From an uncultured Candidatus Saccharibacteria bacterium (GTDB lineage: Bacteria > Patescibacteriota > Minisyncoccia > Phycocordibacterales > G965230995): a stretch of DNA of 64,000 bases. The position numbers and the translations under genes were made by a program. The stretch's first letter is position 1, and each line of letters begins with the position of its first letter. Under the pieces are notes generated by a model. That model was not told where the DNA came from. It searched no databases and worked only from the letters and a program-made list of their open reading frames with translations. Below, piece after piece: positions 36,089-44,893 of this stretch. The stretch is taken from contig OZ246398.1 of the NCBI GenBank assembly GCA_965230995.1, positions 144,227 through 208,226 on the forward strand. The letters are read 5' to 3'.

Positions 36089-36985
36089 TTATCTTTTGTT
36101 GTGAAAGTTTTTGTGAACATCACGAAGATGTTTATCTGTAACGTGAGTATATATCTGTGTAGTGCCAATATTGGCATGGCCAAGCAGAGCTTGGACGGAA
36201 CGGAGATCGGCCCCGTTCGATAAAAGGTCGGTTGCAAAGGAGTGTCTGATTACATGTGGCGTCACTTTTTTTGTAATTCCTGCTTTGATTGCGTAATGTT
36301 TGATTATTCTCTGTACTGCTCTTGACACCAAACCAGAAACATCTTTGTCTTTTTTAAAGATCTGAACAAACAGAGGTTCTGCCATATCTTTTCTTACTTT
36401 TAAATATTTTTCAACTGCATCTTTTGCTTCGTCAGACACAAAGACTACTCGGACTTTTTCTCCTTTTCCACGTACTGATAATTCTTTTGCTTTTAGATTT
36501 ACATCACGTGAGAGAGAACACAATTCAGAGACTCGAAGGCCGGTTGAAAATAGCATCTCTAAAATTGCCCTGTCGCGAAGCGATCTTTCGCTATCACCTG
36601 TTGGAGCATTAAGAAGTCTGATTAATTCATCGTGGGTTATCAAATCAAGACTTCGCTCGGCAACTTTTGCGAGTTCTATCTTGTCTGGAGGTAGGGAAGT
36701 CACACCTCTTTTCATTGCATATTTAAGAAGCGATCTCAGAGCGATTAGATAATAATTCTGTGTTTTTCTCTTTAGAGTATCGTTGCCTTTGCCACTAGAC
36801 TGTCTATTTAACCACAATCTGAATTCTCTGATTGTTTCATCGGAAATATCCTTCGGATCTTTGATTTTTGTATGTTCGATAAAGCGAGAAATATACCTAT
36901 CGTAGTTTTCTACAGTTTTTAGACTGCGTCCTTTTTCAATTTCTACATATTCTAGAAACTGCCTCTTTAGGGTTTGCATATCCAT
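36089..36985 (-). CDS. xerC: tyrosine recombinase XerC/XerD family
   Basis: 298 aa; phage-integrase fold with R...HxxR...Y (HVIRHSFAT, GHANIGTTQIYTH). Confidence 0.8.
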   Translation of the reverse strand: MDMQTLKRQFLEYVEIEKGRSLKTVENYDRYISRFIEHTKIKDPKDISDETIREFRLWLNRQSSGKGNDTLKRKTQNYYLIALRSLLKYAMKRGVTSLPPDKIELAKVAERSLDLITHDELIRLLNAPTGDSERSLRDRAILEMLFSTGLRVSELCSLSRDVNLKAKELSVRGKGEKVRVVFVSDEAKDAVEKYLKVRKDMAEPLFVQIFKKDKDVSGLVSRAVQRIIKHYAIKAGITKKVTPHVIRHSFATDLLSNGADLRSVQALLGHANIGTTQIYTHVTDKHLRDVHKNFHNKR

Positions 36986-37105
36986 ACCTCTAATTTTAGC
37001 ATATATTTTGCGACATAAGCTATGGAAAAGTATCTATTTGGTCTTTAGATTGAGCCATATAAAGCACTTGCATTTTTGCGGTATATGTGATACCATATCG
37101 GAACC

Positions 37106-37378
37106 ATGTTAACAAAGGCAAAAACGAAAAAGGTAATAAAAGATGCCCAGACACACGACAAAGACACAGGTTCTGCGCATGTTCAGATCGCCCTCCTCAC
37201 AAAACAGATAGAGGAACTTGCCGATCACCTAAAGAAAAACGCAAAAGACAAGCATTCTCGAAGAGGTCTTTTACAGAAAGTTGCAACCAGACAAAAGCAT
37301 ATGCGATACCTAAAAAAGACTGACCCTAGAGGTTTCAATTCTCTTGCAAAGAAACTAGGAATGAAAAAAACAGCTTAA
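37106..37378 (+). CDS. rpsO: 30S ribosomal protein S15
   Basis: 90 aa; GSAHVQIALLTKQI and HSRRGLL motifs. Confidence 0.9.
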   Translation: MLTKAKTKKVIKDAQTHDKDTGSAHVQIALLTKQIEELADHLKKNAKDKHSRRGLLQKVATRQKHMRYLKKTDPRGFNSLAKKLGMKKTA

Positions 37379-37410
37379 CAAAAAATCCCTTACGGGATTT
37401 TTTGTTTGTA
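37379..37410. terminator. rho-independent terminator
   Basis: aaaaaatccctt acgg gattttttg. Confidence 0.6.
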
Positions 37411-37441
37411 TTTAAACTTTAACGTACTATAATTAAAATAT

Positions 37442-37972
37442 ATGGCAGTAATAAAACATAAAGAACAAAGAGTTGCAGTTTTTATAGATACACAAAATCT
37501 TTACCACACAGCAAAGCATCTTTACAAAGCTAAAGTTAATTTTGGTAAAGTAGTAGAAGACGCAGTGGGCGACAGAGCCCTCATTCGTGCGATTGCTTAT
37601 GTTATCACGACTGAATCTGGAGATGAGCAAGGTTTTTTTGAAGCACTAGAAAAATCAGGAATAGAAACAAAAACAAAGGATTTACAGGTTTTTGAAGGAG
37701 GTTCAAAAAAAGCCGATTGGGATGTCGGTCTTGCTGTTGACGCCATAAAAATGGCACCTAAATTGGATACCGTTATTTTAATTTCTGGAGACGGAGATTT
37801 TGCTCCGCTTGTACAATATTTACAAATAAATGAAGGTTGCCAGGTCGAAGTCGTATCATTTGGAAAATCTACATCTGGCAAATTGAGAGAAGTCGCCGAC
37901 GAATTTTTTGATCTTGATTTGACTCCTAAAAACTATTTGATTACGAACAACAAATTCTGGAATAGGGAATAA
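37442..37972 (+). CDS. NYN-domain (LabA-like) protein
   Basis: VAVFIDTQNLYH and ILISGDGDFAPLV motifs. Confidence 0.75.
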   Translation: MAVIKHKEQRVAVFIDTQNLYHTAKHLYKAKVNFGKVVEDAVGDRALIRAIAYVITTESGDEQGFFEALEKSGIETKTKDLQVFEGGSKKADWDVGLAVDAIKMAPKLDTVILISGDGDFAPLVQYLQINEGCQVEVVSFGKSTSGKLREVADEFFDLDLTPKNYLITNNKFWNRE

Positions 37973-38144
37973 ACGAACTGGCCCCGCGCTTCGCGCGGGC
38001 CTAAACGGAATCAAAAATAACATCCGTCAAGCTATGAATTTGACATATTTTGTGATATATTGGCTGTATTAATAGTTAATTTCGCCTCTGCATAGGAAGA
38101 TTTGAATTTTTTTCAAGTCTTAAATGCAGAGGGGATACAAAAAT

Positions 38145-40259
38145 ATGAAGAAGAAAGAATATTCTGTCGAACTTGCTGGTAAAACTCTTACCGCGCAATT
38201 TAGTGACCTCGCAGAACAAGCCGATGGTTCTGTGATTATCACTTATGGAAACACCAGCGTCCTCGCGACTGCTGTGATGGGTAAAAATGCAGAAGGAGGG
38301 GACTGGTTCCCTTTGACTGTCGATTACGAAGAAAGATTCTATGCGGCAGGACAAATTTTGGGTAGCCAATACACAAGGAGAGAAGGCAAGCCAAGCGACG
38401 ACGCAATTTTGTCTGGAAGAATAGTCGACCGAACAATTCGTCCTTTGTTTGATCAAAGAATTAGAAATTCTGTACAGGTAATCATAACTGTACTTTCAAT
38501 CGAAGAAGACGACCCAGATGTTCTGTCAGTTCTCGCAGCATCTCTTGCACTTGGAACATCAGACATTCCATGGAACGGACCAGTTTCTGCCGTTCGAATT
38601 GGAAAACAAAAAAATGATGGCTTTGTTGTAAACCCAACATATCTTTTTAGAGATGATGAAAACTTTGAGACAGACATCGTTGCTTGCGGAAAAGATGGAA
38701 AGATAAATATGATTGAAGTGGGAGCCGAAGAAACAAAAGAGGAAGACCTTATGAACGGTCTTTCTCTTGCTGTAGAAGAAATAGAAAAATTGCAGGCTTT
38801 CCAAAATAAAATAATTGCTGAAATTGGCAAACCAAAAAGAGCAGTTGAAATAAAAGAGACAGATGAAGCAACGATAGAACTTTTCAAAAAAGAAATCGAA
38901 TCAAAACTTCCTGAATACGTAATGAGCGGACAGCCAGGAAAAGAAAAAATAGAAACATTAAAAGACGAATGGAAAAATATTTTTGTAAATACTTTTCCAG
39001 AAGGAAATGTGTCGCTTGCAATGGATTATTACGAACACAGAGTTGATGAGATAATCCACCGAGAAGCAATCGAAAATAACAAGAGACCAGATGGTAGGGG
39101 AATGGACGAAGTGAGACCTCTGTATGCACAGGCAGGTGGTATCTCAAATATTTTGCACGGATCAGGAATATTTTATCGAGGAGGAACACATATTCTTTCT
39201 GTTTTGACTTTAGGAGGGCCGGGTGACGCACAGACAATAGAAGGTATGGAAAACAAAGAAGACAAAAGATATATGCACCATTACAACTTTCCACCTTTCT
39301 CGGTTGGAGAAACAGGAAGACTTGGTGGATTAAACAGAAGAATGATCGGGCACGGAGCCCTAGCTGAAAAAGCACTGATACCTGTTTTGCCAACAAAAGA
39401 AAATTTTCCATACACAATCAGAATTGTTTCAGAATCTATGGCATCGAACGGATCGACATCGATGGGTTCTGTTTGTGGTTCTACTATTGCTCTTATGGAT
39501 GCCGGAGTTCCAATCAAAGCGCCAGTTGCAGGTATTGCATCTGGCCTTATGATAAAAGACGACAAGACCTATAAAGTCCTAACTGATATCCAAGGACCAG
39601 AAGATCATCACGGAGATATGGATTTCAAGGTTGCCGGAACAAAAGACGGTGTAACCGCAGTTCAAATGGATGTAAAAGTTTCTGGAATTCCACTACATAT
39701 CTTGAAAGAGGCTTTCGAGAAAGCAAAAAATGCTCGTATGCATATTATGCAAACAATTCTTTCTGCAATTCCGGCTCCAAGAGAAAACATTTCTCCAAGG
39801 GCACCAAAAATTGTGATTGTAAAAATTGAACAAGATCAAATAGGAATGGTTATTGGTTCTGGTGGAAAGACTATTAAAGAAATAAAAGAAAAGACAGGGG
39901 CTGAAATTGACATCGAAGATGATGGCTCCGTCTTTATAACAGGAAAAGAAGGCTCGGCAGAAAAAGCAGCAGAAATTATCAAAGCTATGACAAAGATATT
40001 CATAAAGGGTGAAAAAGTTATGGATGCAGAGGTCGTCAAAGTCACAGACTTTGGAGCTTTTGTGAGATTAAATTCAAGCACAGAGGGATTGGTTCATATT
40101 TCTGAACTTGCTCCATTTAGAGTAGAGAACATAAATTCATTTATAAAAGTAGGAGACAAAGTACCGGTAGTTGTAAAAGATATTGATGAAATGAAGAGAT
40201 TGAAACTCTCAATCAAAGATATCGATCCTACTAGATTTAAGAAACCAGAGGTTAAATAA
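38145..40259 (+). CDS. pnp: polynucleotide phosphorylase
   Basis: two RNase PH domains, KH and S1 domains; start taken at MKKKEY, which has a GAGGGGA RBS. Confidence 0.9.
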   Translation: MKKKEYSVELAGKTLTAQFSDLAEQADGSVIITYGNTSVLATAVMGKNAEGGDWFPLTVDYEERFYAAGQILGSQYTRREGKPSDDAILSGRIVDRTIRPLFDQRIRNSVQVIITVLSIEEDDPDVLSVLAASLALGTSDIPWNGPVSAVRIGKQKNDGFVVNPTYLFRDDENFETDIVACGKDGKINMIEVGAEETKEEDLMNGLSLAVEEIEKLQAFQNKIIAEIGKPKRAVEIKETDEATIELFKKEIESKLPEYVMSGQPGKEKIETLKDEWKNIFVNTFPEGNVSLAMDYYEHRVDEIIHREAIENNKRPDGRGMDEVRPLYAQAGGISNILHGSGIFYRGGTHILSVLTLGGPGDAQTIEGMENKEDKRYMHHYNFPPFSVGETGRLGGLNRRMIGHGALAEKALIPVLPTKENFPYTIRIVSESMASNGSTSMGSVCGSTIALMDAGVPIKAPVAGIASGLMIKDDKTYKVLTDIQGPEDHHGDMDFKVAGTKDGVTAVQMDVKVSGIPLHILKEAFEKAKNARMHIMQTILSAIPAPRENISPRAPKIVIVKIEQDQIGMVIGSGGKTIKEIKEKTGAEIDIEDDGSVFITGKEGSAEKAAEIIKAMTKIFIKGEKVMDAEVVKVTDFGAFVRLNSSTEGLVHISELAPFRVENINSFIKVGDKVPVVVKDIDEMKRLKLSIKDIDPTRFKKPEVK

Positions 40260-40263
40260 AGGA

Positions 40264-40293
40264 AAAAGCCCCGCCTACGGCGGGGCTTTTTTA
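40264..40293. terminator. rho-independent terminator
   Basis: aaaaagccccgcc tacg gcggggcttttttatg. Confidence 0.6.
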
Positions 40294-40308
40294 TGCTACA
40301 ATAAAAAA

Positions 40309-41163
40309 ATGGAGTCCCCTATAAAAAACATAAAAGACTTGGATCGACTAATTGCCGAAGCAAGAGAAAAGGCAAAAAATGAAGCTGTAATAAAAAAAGC
40401 TTCTTCGATTGAACTTGCTGTAAAACCAGAAAATGACACCGCGAAACTTTCTGCAATCAGAACATATTCTTATGATGCAAACGAAGCAATAAAAAGAGAA
40501 AACGCTTCTATCGCTCGTATAAAATTAGCCGAAGAAAAAAGCGGGCGAATAAAAAATTACGCCACCACAAATTCATATTTCTGGATTATTCTAATTTTAT
40601 TTCTTTTGATTGGTGTCGGCGCTGGAACGTATTTTCTTATTTCAAAAAGAGAACCAAAAACAGAAGCAGAGCCGGTATTTGTAAAACCAACTACTATTAT
40701 TTCTTATGACAATTACGTTTCATCGCAGATAGAAAATCTTGAACAAAACATAATTGAAGTCAGAGCGGGAATATCTTTCATAGATTTAAAAGCTTCACAA
40801 GGCAATATAATCAAAAGACTAGTTCCTGAAATTATTTCTACTATGCCAAACGTACTCGAAAGAAACCTTTCTTCTGATTTTATGATTGGAACAATAGAAA
40901 AAAACGCAATTTCTAATCCTTTCATTATTTTGAAAGCCCCATATTCATATGCTTTTGTTGGAATGACACAGTGGGAAGCGACATTGCAAGATTCAGTCAC
41001 AAATATTTTTGGTAATACCACAAAAGAAACATTCAAGGATATCTGGACAGAAAAGGGGACATCCAGAGGAAATGATGAAATTTCTTATCTAATCACAAAG
41101 GAAGGCTATATTATAATCTCGACAGACATATCAATTTCCGAAGAAATTTACTCTAAAATATAG
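40309..41163 (+). CDS. hypothetical single-TM protein
   Basis: 284 aa; TM YFWIILILFLLIGVGAGTYFLI. Confidence 0.5.
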   Translation: MESPIKNIKDLDRLIAEAREKAKNEAVIKKASSIELAVKPENDTAKLSAIRTYSYDANEAIKRENASIARIKLAEEKSGRIKNYATTNSYFWIILILFLLIGVGAGTYFLISKREPKTEAEPVFVKPTTIISYDNYVSSQIENLEQNIIEVRAGISFIDLKASQGNIIKRLVPEIISTMPNVLERNLSSDFMIGTIEKNAISNPFIILKAPYSYAFVGMTQWEATLQDSVTNIFGNTTKETFKDIWTEKGTSRGNDEISYLITKEGYIIISTDISISEEIYSKI

Positions 41164-41199
41164 CTTTGATAGGTTACCTAAATCTGATAATATATAGTT

Positions 41200-41556
41200 A
41201 TGAAAAATACAGAAAAATACAAAGCACAGCTTGAAGCAGAATATGCTGACATTATCGAACAGCTAAAAACTATTGGTAGGGTAAACCCCGACAACCCAAT
41301 AGACTGGGAAGCCTTGGAACCAGAACATCCCGAAACACAGGCTGATGATAACGAAGTAGCAGATAATATCGAGGAATACGAAAATAACACTGCCGTTTTG
41401 AAACAACTTGAAATTCGTTTCAACGAAATTAAAAATGCTCTCGAAAAAATTAAAAATGCTAGCTATGGCCTCTGTGATGTTTGCAAAAAGGAGATAGAGT
41501 CTGAAAGACTCGAAGCCAATCCAGCAAGCACAACTTGCAAAGAGCATATGAATTAA
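41200..41556 (+). CDS. DksA/TraR-family C4 zinc-finger protein
   Basis: C-terminal CDVCKKEI...TTCKEH zinc finger. Confidence 0.7.
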   Translation: MKNTEKYKAQLEAEYADIIEQLKTIGRVNPDNPIDWEALEPEHPETQADDNEVADNIEEYENNTAVLKQLEIRFNEIKNALEKIKNASYGLCDVCKKEIESERLEANPASTTCKEHMN

Positions 41557-41557
41557 T

Positions 41558-43096
41558 ATGTCATTTGCAAAAGTTCACAGTGCACAAAATTACTTGCTTA
41601 GATCACATATAGTCGACATTGAAGTAGACCTCTCTCGAGGTCTATATTCATTTTCTATTGTCGGCCTACCAGATAAATCCGTAGAAGAATCTCGCGACAG
41701 AATTTCATCTGCAATAAAAAACTCTGGCTTTGAATCTCCAAAACAAAAAAATGAAAAGGTTGTTATTTCTCTTGCGCCGGCTCATATAAAAAAAGAAGGG
41801 GCCCATTTTGATCTTGCGGTCGCAATTGCATATTTAATTGCGTCGGGAGAACTTGTTTTAAGAGAGCAAACAAAATCTGTTTTTATCGGCGAACTTTCTC
41901 TCGACGGTACTGTTCGTCCTGTTTCAGGAATACTGCCTCTCGTTTGTGAAGCAAAAAAATCAGGTTTTGATTGTGTTTTTGTACCAAAAGAAAATGCAAA
42001 CGAAGCGGGTATAGCAAGAGGAATAAAAATATATCCGGTAGGGAGCCTACGAGAATTATTTGAGCACCTTTCACAAAATGGAAAATTAAAAATAGTAGAA
42101 TCTCCAGAAACAGAATTACCGGACCAAGAACAAAACAATGCAATAGACCTTTCTTTTATAAAAGGGCAGGAGACTGCAAAGAGAGCTTTAATAATTGCAT
42201 GCGCAGGAGGTCATAATTTGAATTTTTACGGACCGCCAGGTACAGGAAAAAGTATGCTTGCAAAAGCGTGTTGTGGTATTTTGCCAAAATTATCTTATGA
42301 AGAAGTCCTAGAAGTGACAGGCATACATTCAGCTTCGGGTGTTCTCGAAAGTAATTTCATAACAACGCCACCCGTTAGATCTCCGCATCATACTTCGTCT
42401 TATGTTTCTTTGGTTGGCGGTGGAGCAAATCTAAAACCCGGTGAAATAACTTTGGCACACAGAGGAATACTTTTCCTCGATGAGTTTCCGGAATTCGACA
42501 GGAAAGTTCTCGAGGCCTTGCGTGAACCGCTCGAAGAAAAAACTGTCAGAATATCCAGGGCAAAGGGAAGTGTAATCTTTCCCGCGGATATAATGCTCAT
42601 ATCTGCAATGAACCCATGCCAATGTGGATATTTTGGATCAGAGCACAGACAATGTACTTGTTTACCGCATATGAGAGAAAAATATCTCAAAAAAATATCT
42701 GGACCGATTATGGATAGAATAGATATATGGACATCAGTTGAAAATATTCCGCACGAAAAGTTAATGTCTAAATCAACAGAAGGAATAACAAGTGCCGAAG
42801 CAAGAGAGATGATAAAGTCTGCTAGAAAAAAACAAAAAGAAAGATTTGAATCTCTAAATATTAAAATAGACAAAAACAGTAGGATACCATCGAATGAAAT
42901 TGAAAGGGCAGTAAGATACACAAAAGGAGCGTTGGATACATTAAATATAGCAAGTGGAAAATTGGGACTATCGCCTCGTTCATACCACAGAATGTTACGG
43001 CTGGCTCGAACGATTGCTGATTTAGATGAAAAGACAGAAGTCGAGACCCCTCATATCTTGGAAGCTCTACAATATAGACCAAAACTTGAAGTATAA
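41558..43096 (+). CDS. comM: YifB/ComM family Mg-chelatase-like AAA+ ATPase
   Basis: 512 aa; Lon-like N-domain, Walker A GPPGTGKS, Mg-chelatase ChlI blocks. Confidence 0.85.
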   Translation: MSFAKVHSAQNYLLRSHIVDIEVDLSRGLYSFSIVGLPDKSVEESRDRISSAIKNSGFESPKQKNEKVVISLAPAHIKKEGAHFDLAVAIAYLIASGELVLREQTKSVFIGELSLDGTVRPVSGILPLVCEAKKSGFDCVFVPKENANEAGIARGIKIYPVGSLRELFEHLSQNGKLKIVESPETELPDQEQNNAIDLSFIKGQETAKRALIIACAGGHNLNFYGPPGTGKSMLAKACCGILPKLSYEEVLEVTGIHSASGVLESNFITTPPVRSPHHTSSYVSLVGGGANLKPGEITLAHRGILFLDEFPEFDRKVLEALREPLEEKTVRISRAKGSVIFPADIMLISAMNPCQCGYFGSEHRQCTCLPHMREKYLKKISGPIMDRIDIWTSVENIPHEKLMSKSTEGITSAEAREMIKSARKKQKERFESLNIKIDKNSRIPSNEIERAVRYTKGALDTLNIASGKLGLSPRSYHRMLRLARTIADLDEKTEVETPHILEALQYRPKLEV

Positions 43097-43097
43097 A

Positions 43098-43125
43098 CAA
43101 AAAATGCCTTTCGGCATTTTTTGTT
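43098..43125. terminator. bidirectional terminator
   Basis: aaaaaatgcc tttc ggcattttttg. Confidence 0.6.
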
Positions 43126-43144
43126 TGGGAGCAAAAAACGACTC

Positions 43145-44116
43145 TTAAAATGGATTTACAGCACCTCGAATTTCAAAATGTAGATGTGGGCCAGTAGAGT
43201 TTCCTGTGTTTCCAGAATATCCGATTATCTGTCCTTGCAAAACTTCTTCGCCAGCATTGACTGCTGTTTTATCCAAATGAGCGTAAAGAGTTTGAGAATT
43301 ATTTCCGTGTTTTATAACAACATATTTTGCATAACCTCCATTCCAACCTTCTTCTCGACTAACCGCAACAATTCCCGAAGCAGATGCATAGACAGGTGTT
43401 CCGATTGGGGCAGCAAGGTCAATTGCATTATATCCGTGTATGCCTTGTGTCTTTCGATATTTTGCCATTGGCGGTATGTAATATCCCAAAGATTCTTTAG
43501 ATGAACCTTTTATGTTTATGACTCTTGTTGAAGAATCCTTTGAAGGTTTTGCATCACCATCCGGAATTATTATTGTTTCACCAACAGAAAGTATGGCTTT
43601 GTTTGAAATATTATTATAATCCATTATTTCTTTAACATCTGCATGGTATGTTGTAGCAACAGAATCAACAGTGTCTCCTTTTTTTACTATATGTTTTACT
43701 CCTGAAATAGGGAGAATAACCAAAGTCTGACCTGGTCTTATTTTACTTCCAGAAATATCATTACCCCACAAAATAGTATTCACGCTAACTTTAAACATTT
43801 CTGCAATTCCTGAAATAGTGTCACCTTCGCGAACTACATAAACGCTAATTTGGTCTGTTTCAATGTTATGAGAAACAGAGGAAAGGGAGGATGGCCCTGA
43901 TTCAGACAGAAGAGCGCTTCCGTCTATTACTGTTATATCCCCACCGCCAATATCATTTCTAGGATTTAGAGACGCACTAAGCAAAGCCATATTCTGAGCA
44001 TTTTCATATACTATAGGCTTTGTCTGTTCTGATTTTCCCGAAATCAAATCAGCAACAAAAGAAAATATGCTCGCCTCGGCTTTAGCAGGCATTGATATTG
44101 AAAATATGGCAATCAA
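43145..44116 (-). CDS. M23 family metallopeptidase with two LysM domains
   Basis: LysM repeats (YVVREGDTISGIAEMF; HIVKKGDTVDSVAT) and M23 motifs HGYNAIDLAAP ... GPHLHFEIR. Confidence 0.8.
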   Translation of the reverse strand: MIAIFSISMPAKAEASIFSFVADLISGKSEQTKPIVYENAQNMALLSASLNPRNDIGGGDITVIDGSALLSESGPSSLSSVSHNIETDQISVYVVREGDTISGIAEMFKVSVNTILWGNDISGSKIRPGQTLVILPISGVKHIVKKGDTVDSVATTYHADVKEIMDYNNISNKAILSVGETIIIPDGDAKPSKDSSTRVINIKGSSKESLGYYIPPMAKYRKTQGIHGYNAIDLAAPIGTPVYASASGIVAVSREEGWNGGYAKYVVIKHGNNSQTLYAHLDKTAVNAGEEVLQGQIIGYSGNTGNSTGPHLHFEIRGAVNPF

Positions 44117-44375
44117 TATTATCGATAGAGAAGACAGTCTCTTTCGAAAATCTCGTATGTCATTTAAGGATTCTTTTGATCCATTGTCCTTAAAATCACG
44201 TGGTTTTCTTAAAATAGCTTTTTTGTTATTTTGTAACTCTTTCGCTCGGAAATGGCTTTATTTAGCCATATTTATGTGGTATTCCATACAGAATATCCGT
44301 CTATTATACGCTGGGGCACCCCCTAGTCAATCGACAAAATATAGCATTTGTGGTTTAAAAATTTAGCAAAAAATA

Positions 44376-44404
44376 TTGCTTTGCCATTCAATATGTGTTA
44401 TTAT
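44376..44404 (+). promoter_or_regulatory. sigma70-like promoter for the GC-rich ORF
   Basis: TTGCTT - 17 nt - TATTAT. Confidence 0.45.
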
Positions 44405-44452
44405 ATTAAAAGGTACGAAACATTGTTCTAACAGCAACTTGGGAGAGACACA

Positions 44453-44776
44453 ATGATTGACTTTGCCAACGAGGCACAGATCCTTCTTAGTGGGATGAAG
44501 AAGGGAGTTCCCATGATGATCGACCACGACCTCATGGCTGAACTGACACGGACGAACGGCAAGATGACGGCGAAGGCATGGCTGTCCCGCGCCTTCGCCG
44601 CCTACAAGGACGGCAGGATCAAGGACTCCCTCCTGTGCCTGCAAGGCGCCGTGGGCAAGGAGAAATTCCCCGAGAAGGAATTTCGGCGCCTGCGGGCGCT
44701 CCGCATCCTCTGTGCGAAGGACCTCGAGCCGGCGTCGGTGCATTCCGAGGGTGGAATGACGACGGCCAAGGACTAA
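44453..44776 (+). CDS. hypothetical soluble protein (107 aa) in a ~60% GC islet
   Basis: own promoter and a GC-rich terminator (cccggcgcgcgcgtagcgtgtgccggg + T7); codon composition unlike flanking genes. Confidence 0.35.
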   Translation: MIDFANEAQILLSGMKKGVPMMIDHDLMAELTRTNGKMTAKAWLSRAFAAYKDGRIKDSLLCLQGAVGKEKFPEKEFRRLRALRILCAKDLEPASVHSEGGMTTAKD

Positions 44777-44800
44777 CCCGACCGAGGGGACAAACTCGGT

Positions 44801-44838
44801 GCCCGGCGCGCGCGTAGCGTGTGCCGGGCTGGTTTTTT
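44801..44838 (+). terminator. rho-independent terminator
   Basis: gtgcccggcgcgcgcgtagcgtgtgccgggctggttttttta. Confidence 0.55.
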
Positions 44839-44893
44839 TATATCCCCAAAAAACAAATTTTGATAATACAGAAAGACAAGCTAATATTGGACG

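Noticed and set aside
38453-39565. several 80-177-aa minus-strand ORFs
   Set aside because: They lie inside the pnp coding region on the opposite strand; pnp has unambiguous domain signatures.
44578-44817. 79-aa Arg/Pro/Gly-rich ORF
   Set aside because: It is an alternative frame of GC-rich islet 3, with the typical GC-rich off-frame composition; the 107-aa frame with promoter and RBS is preferred.
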